Part shown: piece by piece, positions 1 to 8,630 of the stretch
How positions within the stretch are numbered: the stretch's first letter is position 1
Layout: each line of letters begins with the position of its first letter
IMG/VR virus record: IMGVR_UViG_3300042898_003554
Location: 1-25,871 of that record
Strand: one strand, 5' to 3'
DNA: 25,871 nt
Source: a virus
Taxonomy: Duplodnaviria > Caudoviricetes
Notes under the pieces: generated by a model
The model's database searches: none
The model's input: the letters and a program-made list of their open reading frames with translations, nothing else
What the model was told of the DNA's origin: nothing
Program-made: the position numbers and the translations under genes

Positions 1-112
1 CGTCTCGAACAATCAATCTGTTCAAAGTTGCCGCAGACGATGATATACTGCCTGTTATTACGGCATCGGCATTAACAATTAAGCCGTTTTGTACAATAAA
101 CGGGTTACTCAT
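1..112 (-). CDS. 5' end of a probable virion structural (fibre-like) protein, truncated by the window edge
   Basis: Not in the ORF track. Read by hand: ATG at 112-110 gives MSNPFIVQNGLIVNADAVITGSISSSAATLNRLIVRD, open to base 1, 14 nt after the stop of the 127..621 gene. Function inferred from context only. Confidence 0.6.
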   Translation of the reverse strand, partial: MSNPFIVQNGLIVNADAVITGSISSSAATLNRLIVRD

Positions 113-126
113 TCCATAAGTGTTAC

Positions 127-621
127 TCATACCATCATCCTTATAAGTTTCATTACCCAGCTACCCGTGAGAGGTACAGCTTGTAAATATATATAGCTAC
201 CAGAGTTATAAACATTAAAATTCACAGGTACGCTACCAATTTCATTAAATTGGTTGCTATAAAAAGTAGATGTTGTAGTGTTCCAGCTTGCCACGACTTT
301 GTTTGCTCTTGAGTTTATTCCATCCTCTATAAATACAAACCATTTTACTGAATTTCCATTATTTATAGGAATAATGTCAATATTTTGAGATGCCGTGACA
401 TTTGTTGACAAATTGGTGCTCATTGACCCCGTAACTCCGCCACCTATAATGTTTAAAGAAGGAATCGAAATAGACCCACCGGTCATGAATTGAGATGCAG
501 TTGCGGCAAGTTCAATGCTTCTTACCGTATCCACAAAATCCACACGATCCGTTTTGTCTACAAACAATGTTTTCTTGTTTGCAGTGTTATTTACTGGTTT
601 TGGGTTGGGAGGTATGTTCAT
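127..621 (-). CDS. Probable virion structural protein; paralogue of the C-terminal domain of the two upstream genes
   Basis: 164 aa. C-terminal ~90 aa (GNSVKWFVFIEDG..VVASW..EIGSVPV..PLTGSWVMKLIRMMV) aligns by eye with 618..1202 and 1223..2605. ATGA overlap with the upstream gene at 618-621. Confidence 0.8.
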   Translation of the reverse strand: MNIPPNPKPVNNTANKKTLFVDKTDRVDFVDTVRSIELAATASQFMTGGSISIPSLNIIGGGVTGSMSTNLSTNVTASQNIDIIPINNGNSVKWFVFIEDGINSRANKVVASWNTTTSTFYSNQFNEIGSVPVNFNVYNSGSYIYLQAVPLTGSWVMKLIRMMV

Positions 622-1202
622 ACAATTGTGTGCATTAGTTTAATTGTCCAAACGCCACTTCTTGGAGTAGCTATCAAATTTACAAATCCACCGACTATAA
701 TAGCAGACAAAGCAACAGGCACACTTCCTATTTCAGAAACTTCCGTCACATAATAATTTATTGCCGTTGAACTCCAACTAGCAACAACTTCGTTCGTTTT
801 GTAACTTGTACCGTTGTTTATAGAAACTAGCCACATTGCTGCGTTTCCGCTGTTGACATCGATAACATCCACGGGCTGTTGAAAATATACCGTAGTAGCA
901 AGGTTTGTACCCAACGACGCTTTGGTTATTCCACCGGTAAGATCCATTGTACCCACAGTTACTGGTACGGTTGTATATAAGAAGCTAGCGGTAGCCGCAT
1001 ACGAAGCGGTTATAGCAAAAACGGCAAATGCGGCTTCGTCTGCTCTGTTTGCATACTGAACAAGACTAGGAAAACCTGATGTTTTCTTGTTATATATTTC
1101 TTCTGCTTTTCTTCTTGCAGAATTGGCACGTGCATTTGATCCATTACCCCCCTGCATAACAGAGAACTTATTATATGCATTTTTTGATGTAAACGTAGCC
1201 AT
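618..1202 (-). CDS. Probable virion structural protein; partial duplicate of the gp15-like gene
   Basis: 194 aa. KAEEIYNKKTSGFPSLVQYANRADEAAFAVF closely matches KAEDIFAKKAAGFPTMVQYANRAAEASFAVF in 1223..2605 and the similarity continues to the C-terminus. TATTTATA motif 4 nt upstream of ATG. Confidence 0.8.
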   Translation of the reverse strand: MATFTSKNAYNKFSVMQGGNGSNARANSARRKAEEIYNKKTSGFPSLVQYANRADEAAFAVFAITASYAATASFLYTTVPVTVGTMDLTGGITKASLGTNLATTVYFQQPVDVIDVNSGNAAMWLVSINNGTSYKTNEVVASWSSTAINYYVTEVSEIGSVPVALSAIIVGGFVNLIATPRSGVWTIKLMHTIV

Positions 1203-1206
1203 ATCG

Positions 1207-1214
1207 TATAAATA
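1207..1214 (-). promoter_or_regulatory. TATTTATA motif (putative late promoter)
   Basis: tataaata on + strand, reading TATTTATA on the coding strand 4 nt upstream of the ATG at 1202; recurs in other intergenic gaps. Confidence 0.6.
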
Positions 1215-1222
1215 TGTGTATA

Positions 1223-2605
1223 TTATATAATCATTCGAATGAGTTTAACTGTCCATGTGCCACTTAATGGATTGGCCACTAGACTTACAACTCCTCCGAC
1301 GTTATTTGCAGTTATGACCACCGGCACATTACCGATTGTAGAAACTTCAGTTACATAAAAATTGATAACCGCGTCGTCCCACGTTGCTGCAACTTCGCTT
1401 GTTTTGAAATTGGTGCCATCATTCACAGAAACAAGCCACAGCGCCGCGTTTCCTGCGGTTATTCCAAATGAATCTACTGATTGATATCCTGTTACATCTG
1501 TGATCAAATTTGTACCAAACGATCCTGTTGCTGGGCCACCCGCGCCTCCGGTTAGTCCCATTGTTCCAACATTTAGAGAGCCGCTGTCTAGATATACGTG
1601 ACTGGCGGTTGCGGCAAATGAAGCACTTGCACCAAAGACGGCAAATGAAGCTTCAGCTGCACGATTTGCATACTGAACCATTGTTGGGAACCCAGCAGCT
1701 TTCTTTGCGAATATATCTTCGGCTTTTTTCTTTAAGCCGTCCGCATCCAAGTTTTCGATATCAATAATATTTTCTGTATCAAATATAATTTTTCTTGGCG
1801 TAAATGCTTTTTCAACTGTGGACTTATAGTTTTCAAATTTATCCGGTAATAGATATGCATATACCATTAAACTAAAAGTACTTTTTACAACGCGGTCACT
1901 GTCAGCCGCAACTTCTGTTTCAAAATTATAATCGCTGATACTTGTTCTAAACTTATATCTGTTTTTATCTCCCCAATAATCTTCGGTTGAGAAATTTACA
2001 GATTCTACTATAGAGTTTCCTTGCTCAACTAACTCTGTCCAAATGATAAATTCGTAGTTGATAATAACATGGTCAGGCATTGCCACAGAATAAATTTCTT
2101 TAATCTTGCTAAAGCCAGTTAGCATTGAAAACTTATCGTATTTATTTTTTTCTGAAAATTGTTTTACAGCTGGATATTGCAAATAACGATTAAGAGTTTG
2201 CAATTGATCGTTTCGTTGCATTGTACTTCTTCTGAATGCAATTACCGGACATTGTACTTTACCATTCTTGTCTCTTAGATATCCATCTTTTTGGATAGCT
2301 TTCCATCTTTCTGGAGAAGCATAATTAATTGGAACTTTAACTTGACGACCAGCGTCAACAACCGTTGGATTAATTACAGTATCAAGATAAGTTAATATAG
2401 TGCTGTCTATATCAATCAAATTTACAGAGAAGTTTTTTTGCTTATCTGTGTCTCTTCTTATGTTAAAGGCGCGACTCTTTACTGCCGCTGGCCCAACTCT
2501 TTCGACTGTGTCTGGTTTTTTCAAGCCAGACATCTCAGGTCCAAAGTTAATTGGATTAGAAGGTTTGTTTGCTATTGGTTTAACTGGATTTCCGCGCCAT
2601 GCCAT
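1223..2605 (-). CDS. Tail terminator / sheath stabiliser (T4 gp15-like) with ~170-aa C-terminal extension
   Basis: 460 aa. VKVPINYASPERW..CPVIAFRR..INYEFIIWTELVEQGNSIVE resembles the gp15 pattern; position directly after gp13- and gp14-like genes matches T4-type order. Confidence 0.7.
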   Translation of the reverse strand: MAWRGNPVKPIANKPSNPINFGPEMSGLKKPDTVERVGPAAVKSRAFNIRRDTDKQKNFSVNLIDIDSTILTYLDTVINPTVVDAGRQVKVPINYASPERWKAIQKDGYLRDKNGKVQCPVIAFRRSTMQRNDQLQTLNRYLQYPAVKQFSEKNKYDKFSMLTGFSKIKEIYSVAMPDHVIINYEFIIWTELVEQGNSIVESVNFSTEDYWGDKNRYKFRTSISDYNFETEVAADSDRVVKSTFSLMVYAYLLPDKFENYKSTVEKAFTPRKIIFDTENIIDIENLDADGLKKKAEDIFAKKAAGFPTMVQYANRAAEASFAVFGASASFAATASHVYLDSGSLNVGTMGLTGGAGGPATGSFGTNLITDVTGYQSVDSFGITAGNAALWLVSVNDGTNFKTSEVAATWDDAVINFYVTEVSTIGNVPVVITANNVGGVVSLVANPLSGTWTVKLIRMII

Positions 2606-2614
2606 AAATTTATA

Positions 2615-3091
2615 TTAGTTGTTTCTCTCTAGAATGTTTAGTGAAGTATATTTTGTATAGTGACCAAAACATATAATATCAAAACTCTTGTCTGGCTGAC
2701 CCCCAAGCAGATTTTCCTGTGTAACATTTGAAATTTGATAATAACGATCATTGAAGAAAACAATGTCACCAATTTCTGGATAGAACTCTATTTGACGAAG
2801 CATCTTTTCTCGCATCTTAAAAATATAATTTTGACTTCTGGAAACTCCAAAATCGTCGTACTCTGAATTCATGGATTCCCGCTCAACCAATGCAGAAATC
2901 TTGATTGCTGGAAAATACCATTTACCAGTTTCTGCGGCAGTTTCACCGTAGATATTGGTTTTGGTTTCGGACGGAGATATTTTAAATATGTCTATAATAT
3001 TCTCAATAATGTCGCCCATAAGTTCACCGTTGAGAGAATTGATTAAGTTTAAGTCCCGTGTGCTAAAATATCTTCCTTTTAGTGATGCCAT
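2615..3091 (-). CDS. Neck / head-closure protein (T4 gp14-like)
   Basis: 158 aa. TNIYGE..KWYFPAIKI..YDDFG..PEIGDIVFFNDRYYQISNV fits the gp14/head-closure pattern; lies between gp13-like and gp15-like genes. Confidence 0.7.
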   Translation of the reverse strand: MASLKGRYFSTRDLNLINSLNGELMGDIIENIIDIFKISPSETKTNIYGETAAETGKWYFPAIKISALVERESMNSEYDDFGVSRSQNYIFKMREKMLRQIEFYPEIGDIVFFNDRYYQISNVTQENLLGGQPDKSFDIICFGHYTKYTSLNILERNN

Positions 3092-3096
3092 AAAAA

Positions 3097-4761
3097 TTAT
3101 AATCCAAATCTCGATTTGACCGCGTTGTAATTCTGTAGTACCTCGGAATCCGACAAATATTTATTTTTGTATATTCTAACCGCTGCAATATTTCCCACGG
3201 TATATTCTGCCGTGTTGGGTGTATACCCAATACCGACACTATTGGTAGAAGAAAAATTTGTACTCAATGTACCAGTACCATTTAATACAGAATTTATATA
3301 AATATATGTACTATTTGATGACGTAGATGCGCGAGTTAATACAATGTGATACCATGTATTTGCTGCTATAGAACCTGCTCCGGTATTAACAACATTGGCG
3401 GAACCATATATACCCACACCAACTGTATTACTTTCAATTGCAAAGATAGGTCCGTTTCCAGTTCCTCCACTTGCACATACCAAACCTTGCCTCTTGGATG
3501 AGTTGGTTGCTCTGACCCACAATTCTATCGCAAACGGAGATGTTCCAAATTGTATTGGAAGATTTGCGGACGAAACATCTACTTGATCATTGGTTCCATC
3601 AAACACTATACTTCCTCCAAACGAACCTGTGAATGTTGGTCCGTTGTTTAATGTTCCATTATTTCCATTTCCACTCAAATCAAACCAACTTGTTCCACTA
3701 CCAGGATATGAACTTGGGTTACCTGCATCAAGATTTAATACAAGCCCGCTGGTGATTATTGAAGTTACCGGATCTGCGTATATTTTTTTAAATTTAATTC
3801 CACTTGGTGCTGGTATTGTAGTTGTTGAGAACCCTGCTGCTGCTAAAGCATACCTTGCCGTACCAACACCCGTTGTATCTGTTGCTACAACTCCGGTGTT
3901 ACTTACTTTATTGGTCATTGAAACATTGGTATTTGTGTATCCATATCCAAATATAGCTTTGTCTGAGCCGTAACTCGCCGCTGCCAAATCTTTTCTTGCC
4001 GTACCAACGCCCGTTATATCCGTTGCTACAACGCCCGTATTGCTAACGAGATTGGTCATTGATACCACGCCACTTGTCTGCCCATATCCGAAGATTGCCT
4101 TATCCGTTCCATACCCCGACGCCGCTAAATGAAATCTTGCGGTTCCAACGCCAGCTGTGTCACTTGCAACAACACCCGTATTACTTACGAGGTTGGTTAT
4201 TGCGCTTGTCTGTCCATATCCAAATATTGCTTTGTCAACACCATACCCCGCCGCTGCCAAATTATGTCTAGCGGGGTTGACGTTTGACGTGTCACTTGCG
4301 ACAACACCCGTATTACTTACCAGATTAATTATTGATACGCTATTATTTGTGTACCCATATCCAAAAATAGCCTTGTCTGTACCATAGCCCGCTGCTGCTA
4401 AAGCGCGTCTGGTCGTACCAATACCCGTTGTATCGGTCGCAACAATACCCGCGTTGCTAACCAGATTGGTTATGGAATAATTTTGATCGTATCCCGTTGT
4501 CGTACCATATCCAAAAATAGCCTTGTCTGTACCATATCCCGCTGCTGCTAGAGCATGTCTTGCTGTACCAACGCCCGTTGTATCAGTCGCCACAACTCCG
4601 GTGTTACTTACAAGATTGGTCATTGATACAACAGTGCCGGTATTTCCATACCCAAATATAGCTTTTTGAGTTCCCGGTAAAACATTCGCGGCATTACTTC
4701 TATTTGCAAATTTTAAACTGCTTTTTGATACATTACTTATATTTAAATATTTTATAGACAT
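3097..4761 (-). CDS. Six-repeat beta-propeller-like protein with C-terminal LamG/concanavalin A-like domain (putative virion adhesin)
   Basis: 554 aa. Six 44-50 aa repeats, then GLVLNLDAGNPSSYPGSGTSWFDLSGNGNNGTL..FDGTND..WYHIVLTR..IYINSVL..GNIAAVRIY..LSDSEVLQNYNA, typical of phage LamG-like domains. Confidence 0.8.
   Translation of the reverse strand: MSIKYLNISNVSKSSLKFANRSNAANVLPGTQKAIFGYGNTGTVVSMTNLVSNTGVVATDTTGVGTARHALAAAGYGTDKAIFGYGTTTGYDQNYSITNLVSNAGIVATDTTGIGTTRRALAAAGYGTDKAIFGYGYTNNSVSIINLVSNTGVVASDTSNVNPARHNLAAAGYGVDKAIFGYGQTSAITNLVSNTGVVASDTAGVGTARFHLAASGYGTDKAIFGYGQTSGVVSMTNLVSNTGVVATDITGVGTARKDLAAASYGSDKAIFGYGYTNTNVSMTNKVSNTGVVATDTTGVGTARYALAAAGFSTTTIPAPSGIKFKKIYADPVTSIITSGLVLNLDAGNPSSYPGSGTSWFDLSGNGNNGTLNNGPTFTGSFGGSIVFDGTNDQVDVSSANLPIQFGTSPFAIELWVRATNSSKRQGLVCASGGTGNGPIFAIESNTVGVGIYGSANVVNTGAGSIAANTWYHIVLTRASTSSNSTYIYINSVLNGTGTLSTNFSSTNSVGIGYTPNTAEYTVGNIAAVRIYKNKYLSDSEVLQNYNAVKSRFGL
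3829..4674 (-). repeat. Six coding tandem repeats (~141 nt, ~47 aa)
   Basis: Unit G[TVS][DQ]KAIFGYG-x(4-10)-[ST]NLVSNTGVVA[TS]DTTGVGTAR-xx-LAAAGY, six copies visible at protein and DNA level. Confidence 0.95.
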
Positions 4762-4767
4762 ATGATT

Positions 4768-5175
4768 TTATGAGAATATTAACTTTTTCATTTCGGCGGT
4801 TGTTACTGGAGATTCTTCGCGGATTCTTATGATTTTCATTCCTTTGTCTACTGCCATCTTGTTTTTCAACTTGTCCACTTCCATGCTCTTTTTTTGAAAT
4901 ATGTATTTGCAATCATCCTTTGATTTTGGATGCCAAAAAGAACCGTCGAACTCTAGCAGTATATTTTGATCAGGTAAATAAGCGTCGTAGTATCTTCCGC
5001 CCATAGGGTATTGAGGAACATAATCAACCCCAATTTCTTTTAGCATAAGATAATATTTTCTCTCAAGCGAAGTAAAATTGGTTTTTGGTTTGAGTGTTTG
5101 TTTTATACCGGTATGTTGAAGTCGTTTCCTTTCGTATTTCGTTAAAACTTGATCTAGTATTGAAAATGGTTTCAT
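4768..5175 (-). CDS. Small Vsr/DUF559-like PD-(D/E)XK endonuclease
   Basis: 135 aa. TSLERK..YVPQY..YYDAYLPDQNILLEFDGSFWH..DKLKNKMAVDKGMKIIRIRE. ATGA overlap with the gp13-like stop at 5172-5175. Confidence 0.8.
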   Translation of the reverse strand: MKPFSILDQVLTKYERKRLQHTGIKQTLKPKTNFTSLERKYYLMLKEIGVDYVPQYPMGGRYYDAYLPDQNILLEFDGSFWHPKSKDDCKYIFQKKSMEVDKLKNKMAVDKGMKIIRIREESPVTTAEMKKLIFS

Positions 5176-6386
5176 CCGACGTAAATTCCAAGTGGTATTT
5201 TTTGCAGTGTTTCCATTATCTGTTGTGCTTCCGCCGAACGCATTTCCATCTGGGCTTTTCGTCCACTAGCTTCCAAATTTTCGCGCAATTGAGTCACCAG
5301 CAATTCTTTTTCAGATGTTGCTTCTTGACGAAGTTCAGCACCGTCGAGTGTGACCTCGGCCCCGGGGATTGGAATGGTTTGATACTTTTGACGAATGCTA
5401 CCAAGAATTTCTTTACATAACGCGAGAAAATATTTTCTGATCCACTGTTTACCCACAGAGTTTACCGACGAGTATGGTATAACATCATATGGAACATTGC
5501 TATAATCACCGATAATAGTTGAAGATACAGCGGACCCTGTTACATCATAATATGAACCTGAGTTTGATATTCCTTGGGAATCTCTGTCAGATGTAAGTAG
5601 ATATTGGAAGTGCATCTTCATTTGATACGTTGGAATAGGAAACACTTTTAGTTTGTTATTTACCAACTCAAAACTATATCCCGACTTTCTGACAAGGTCA
5701 TTGAACTCAATTGCTTGCATACGCAGCAAATCTTCGAAAATCGGAGTCATCAAAAATTGTGTTGCCGGAGAATAACCAGCAAATCCCATTTCATTTAAGA
5801 CGTTACTATAACTCATACCGGTCATACTAAATGGATCATAAATACGCGCAGATGCCGGAGGTGCATTGTGGAATATTCTGCGGATTTCTATTCTGTTAAA
5901 ACTTTCACTTACATTTCCCCATAAAGCTTGCAAGTCGTATGTTTGTTGACCCGTTTTTAAATCTATACTTCCAGATTTCCAATCTACATATCCACCAACG
6001 CCAAATTCAGTGCCGTATCCTTGTGCAATCTTGATGGCATATGGCAATCCACTTCCGGCCACATTTGTTTGAGTCAAATTTACATTTGCTGAACTGCCTT
6101 GTAATACGCCAATATTATTTCTGATATTAAACTGATTTACTTGTGAACTATATTCAAAACATGCTTCTTCGAAACAAGCGTAAAAATTCATGTCAATCAT
6201 TTCGATGTCTACAATTGGATAACCCAATCTTGTTGCGGCCCAACGCGCAGCGGCGACACCGTCGTTGGCAAATATTGGATCTTTTTCAAAGAACCCAAAT
6301 GGAGTACTGCCCACGACGATAGCGGAGCCAGAGCCGGGCCACCGCACTCGATCATTGTCTACATTATACTGTATATCGTTTGACAT
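5172..6386 (-). CDS. Neck protein / head-tail adaptor (T4 gp13-like)
   Basis: 404 aa. RLGYPIVDIE near the N-terminus and WIRKYFLALCKEILGSIRQKY..IPGAEVTLDGAELRQEA..PLGIYVG at the C-terminus are characteristic of gp13-like neck proteins. Confidence 0.88.
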   Translation of the reverse strand: MSNDIQYNVDNDRVRWPGSGSAIVVGSTPFGFFEKDPIFANDGVAAARWAATRLGYPIVDIEMIDMNFYACFEEACFEYSSQVNQFNIRNNIGVLQGSSANVNLTQTNVAGSGLPYAIKIAQGYGTEFGVGGYVDWKSGSIDLKTGQQTYDLQALWGNVSESFNRIEIRRIFHNAPPASARIYDPFSMTGMSYSNVLNEMGFAGYSPATQFLMTPIFEDLLRMQAIEFNDLVRKSGYSFELVNNKLKVFPIPTYQMKMHFQYLLTSDRDSQGISNSGSYYDVTGSAVSSTIIGDYSNVPYDVIPYSSVNSVGKQWIRKYFLALCKEILGSIRQKYQTIPIPGAEVTLDGAELRQEATSEKELLVTQLRENLEASGRKAQMEMRSAEAQQIMETLQKIPLGIYVG

Positions 6387-6390
6387 ATTA

Positions 6391-6398
6391 TATAAATA
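6391..6398 (-). promoter_or_regulatory. TATTTATA motif (putative late promoter)
   Basis: 4 nt upstream of the gp13-like ATG at 6386. Confidence 0.6.
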
Positions 6399-6429
6399 TA
6401 TCAGAGATAGAAAATATCTCTAAAATGGA

Positions 6430-6441
6430 TATTTATAAATA
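6430..6441. promoter_or_regulatory. Palindromic double motif TATTTATAAATA
   Basis: Perfect 12-bp palindrome carrying the motif on both strands, in the gap between 6447..7796 and the gp13-like gene. Confidence 0.4.
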
Positions 6442-6446
6442 ATATA

Positions 6447-7796
6447 TTAAGCTTGCTCTATCTTGGCGCGAGTTATTACAGTCTGTGGAATTTGGTTGAA
6501 TTTAGACACTTGATGCGCCTTAACCGTAGCTTTAACTTTCACAGAATCACCTTCTGCGCCGCCAACATCTGACGAACTAAACCAAATGATCTCATTTCCG
6601 TTGTCAATGTCGTTGAATATATACATCATACCTTCACCGTATTGAGTAGAAAATCCTCTCATTTTTACAATCTTACCGATGAATTGAATCTTTTCGCCTA
6701 TTTGACCGACATATGTCTTGTTGGCTGCACTTGCTTTGTTTTGTATATCCTTTTCTTTTTGACCTTGTTCTCTTAGATACATAGCCAACAATGATGCGTG
6801 ATAACCGGCGTTTTTATATTGAATAGCAGATGATTTTGCAATCACTCGCATGTTTTGAAAATAGTTTGCCAATTCTGGTTTTTGAGCTTCTAAAGCATCC
6901 CAATCAACAGTGTCTTTCCACTCTTCGACTTTTTTAGCCAATTCTTCGGCACGTGGATATATGCGATTATATTCATCTCGAAGACCAGCGTCGTTTGTAA
7001 ATTTTAAAGTTTTTGCATATTGCGCCGTTGACATCAATGGCTTATCACCAAATTCTCCACTTTGTTTGGCTTTTGCACCCGAGATATATTTTCCGCCCAA
7101 CAGATATGCGGCGCAAATGTATATAAGAAAGTCGCTTGCGTCATAGTATTTACTAAATGCGCCACGTTCTCCTCCGCCGCCATCACGATTATCATCCATA
7201 TCTTCGCCACCAACACAAATGTTTAGTGCCTTTTCCAACATCATAGCAAATGCGATAATAGCCTTTGGATCAACGTCCGGCATGAAATTCTTCAAACAGT
7301 TTCTACCAACTCTTTTAAATTCTTGAGTGGCTGTATCTTTTAAAACAAATGTATTATTTCTATCGCGCTTTGTATGACAATGGTCACATGTTGCGCCCGC
7401 ATGACGAAACTCGTTTGGCAACGATTTCACACTGGAATTTGGTGATATGTTAATAATGTTACCCGCATCGGTGTGCTCAACGTTCGCAATAAATTCATAT
7501 CCATCAATGATAGGAGAATCACCTTCGATCTTTACTTCATGGGTAACTTTGATGTCACCGTCACTAAGCTTTTCTTCTTTCTTTCCTACCACTTTTAGTG
7601 TCAACGGTTTTACACCAAGCTTTCCTGCCTTTTTGTTGAGGCGGTCAAGTTCTTGCTTGATATACTCTAGTCCACGGTCAGACACAGAAAATGTATCTTC
7701 AAGTGTCTTTTCAGTCATCTTTTTATCAATTTGCAAATTGGTGGATTCACCATCATTCTCGATATATATTTGTTCTAATAGGGTAGATAGTTTCAT
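6447..7796 (-). CDS. Hypothetical protein with a putative Zn-binding motif and C-terminal OB-fold-like domain
   Basis: 449 aa. CDHC..RNNTFVL..VGRNCLKNF; C-terminal YVGQIGEKIQF..TQYGEGMMYIFND..NEIIWFSS..VKVKATVKAH..QTVITRAK looks like an OB barrel. Starts with leader MKLSTLLE. Confidence 0.7.
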   Translation of the reverse strand: MKLSTLLEQIYIENDGESTNLQIDKKMTEKTLEDTFSVSDRGLEYIKQELDRLNKKAGKLGVKPLTLKVVGKKEEKLSDGDIKVTHEVKIEGDSPIIDGYEFIANVEHTDAGNIINISPNSSVKSLPNEFRHAGATCDHCHTKRDRNNTFVLKDTATQEFKRVGRNCLKNFMPDVDPKAIIAFAMMLEKALNICVGGEDMDDNRDGGGGERGAFSKYYDASDFLIYICAAYLLGGKYISGAKAKQSGEFGDKPLMSTAQYAKTLKFTNDAGLRDEYNRIYPRAEELAKKVEEWKDTVDWDALEAQKPELANYFQNMRVIAKSSAIQYKNAGYHASLLAMYLREQGQKEKDIQNKASAANKTYVGQIGEKIQFIGKIVKMRGFSTQYGEGMMYIFNDIDNGNEIIWFSSSDVGGAEGDSVKVKATVKAHQVSKFNQIPQTVITRAKIEQA

Positions 7797-7801
7797 AAAG
7801 A

Positions 7802-7809
7802 TATAAATA
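7802..7809 (-). promoter_or_regulatory. TATTTATA motif (putative late promoter)
   Basis: 5 nt upstream of the ATG at 7796. Confidence 0.6.
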
Positions 7810-7855
7810 TTAACATAAAAGCGTAATACGATGGCTTCATACTAGTTATTAGTAT

Positions 7856-8539
7856 ATGATCAAGCTAACCGACATTTTAAAGAAAGTCAATAAAAAAATC
7901 ATGGAAGACGTAAACACGGATCAACCACCGATGGTCAAATTCTCTATGCCACAAACAGCCCAAGTCTCTAGGGCAGACATTCCTTCTGGTGGCAAAAAGC
8001 CGTTTGTTAGCAGAGAAAAGGATTTGTCTAGGAAAGTAGCAGACCTATCTGTTTCAAAAATAGTTGACTCTGCTGCAAACGTAATAAGTTCATTTGAAAA
8101 TAACACGTCATATAAAGGCGGTGGGTTTGATAAATCAACTGGAAAATGGTTTCCTCATGCTAGTGTTGAAGGTGGTATGCCAACGATAGCATATGGTCAT
8201 AAAATAACTTCAAACAGTGAACTGGATAATTATAAAAAGAATGGATTGACCGATAGAGAAGCAAAAGAGTTGTTAAAAAAAGACATAGGTTTAAAAATGG
8301 CCGATGCTCGCCGTTTGATAAAAGACTTTGACAAACTATCAGATCAAGTAAAAATCGCAGCACTAAATGGACTATATCGCGGTGACCTTGGACCGAGGAC
8401 AATTGAGTTTCTTTCAGCTCGCAACTTTAAACAAGCCGCAAGAGAATATTTAAATCATAGAGAATATAAAACCACAGATAAAGCGGGCGTTAAAAAACGC
8501 ATGGAATGGAATGCTGCGATATTCAAGAATGCATCGTAA
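7856..8539 (+). CDS. Lysozyme-like muramidase (GH24 / T4-lysozyme fold) with N-terminal extension
   Basis: 227 aa. ISSFEN..PTIAYGHKI..GLTDREAKELLKKDI..FDKLSDQVKIAALNGLYRG..NFKQAAREYL..KRM matches the phage lysozyme layout; the catalytic loop is non-canonical. Confidence 0.8.
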   Translation: MIKLTDILKKVNKKIMEDVNTDQPPMVKFSMPQTAQVSRADIPSGGKKPFVSREKDLSRKVADLSVSKIVDSAANVISSFENNTSYKGGGFDKSTGKWFPHASVEGGMPTIAYGHKITSNSELDNYKKNGLTDREAKELLKKDIGLKMADARRLIKDFDKLSDQVKIAALNGLYRGDLGPRTIEFLSARNFKQAAREYLNHREYKTTDKAGVKKRMEWNAAIFKNAS

Positions 8540-8630
8540 TTACAATATATGAAAAGTAGAGTTTAGATATGGACGAGATGATATAAAGATATAGTTTATT
8601 CATAAATTATAGTAAGTATATATGGGTAAA

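Noticed and set aside
328-3304. Motif copies at 328-335 and 3297-3304
   Set aside because: Both lie inside coding sequence (VFIE, YIYI codons) about 200 nt from the next start; cannot be separated from chance in AT-rich DNA.
3829-4674. Repeats as a CRISPR array or as a DGR template/variable repeat pair
   Set aside because: All six copies are in frame in one ORF and differ at many synonymous non-A positions; no non-coding template or RT is visible in the window.
8540-8630. ncRNA or terminator in the gap between converging genes
   Set aside because: AT-rich with no convincing stem, cloverleaf or repeat by eye.
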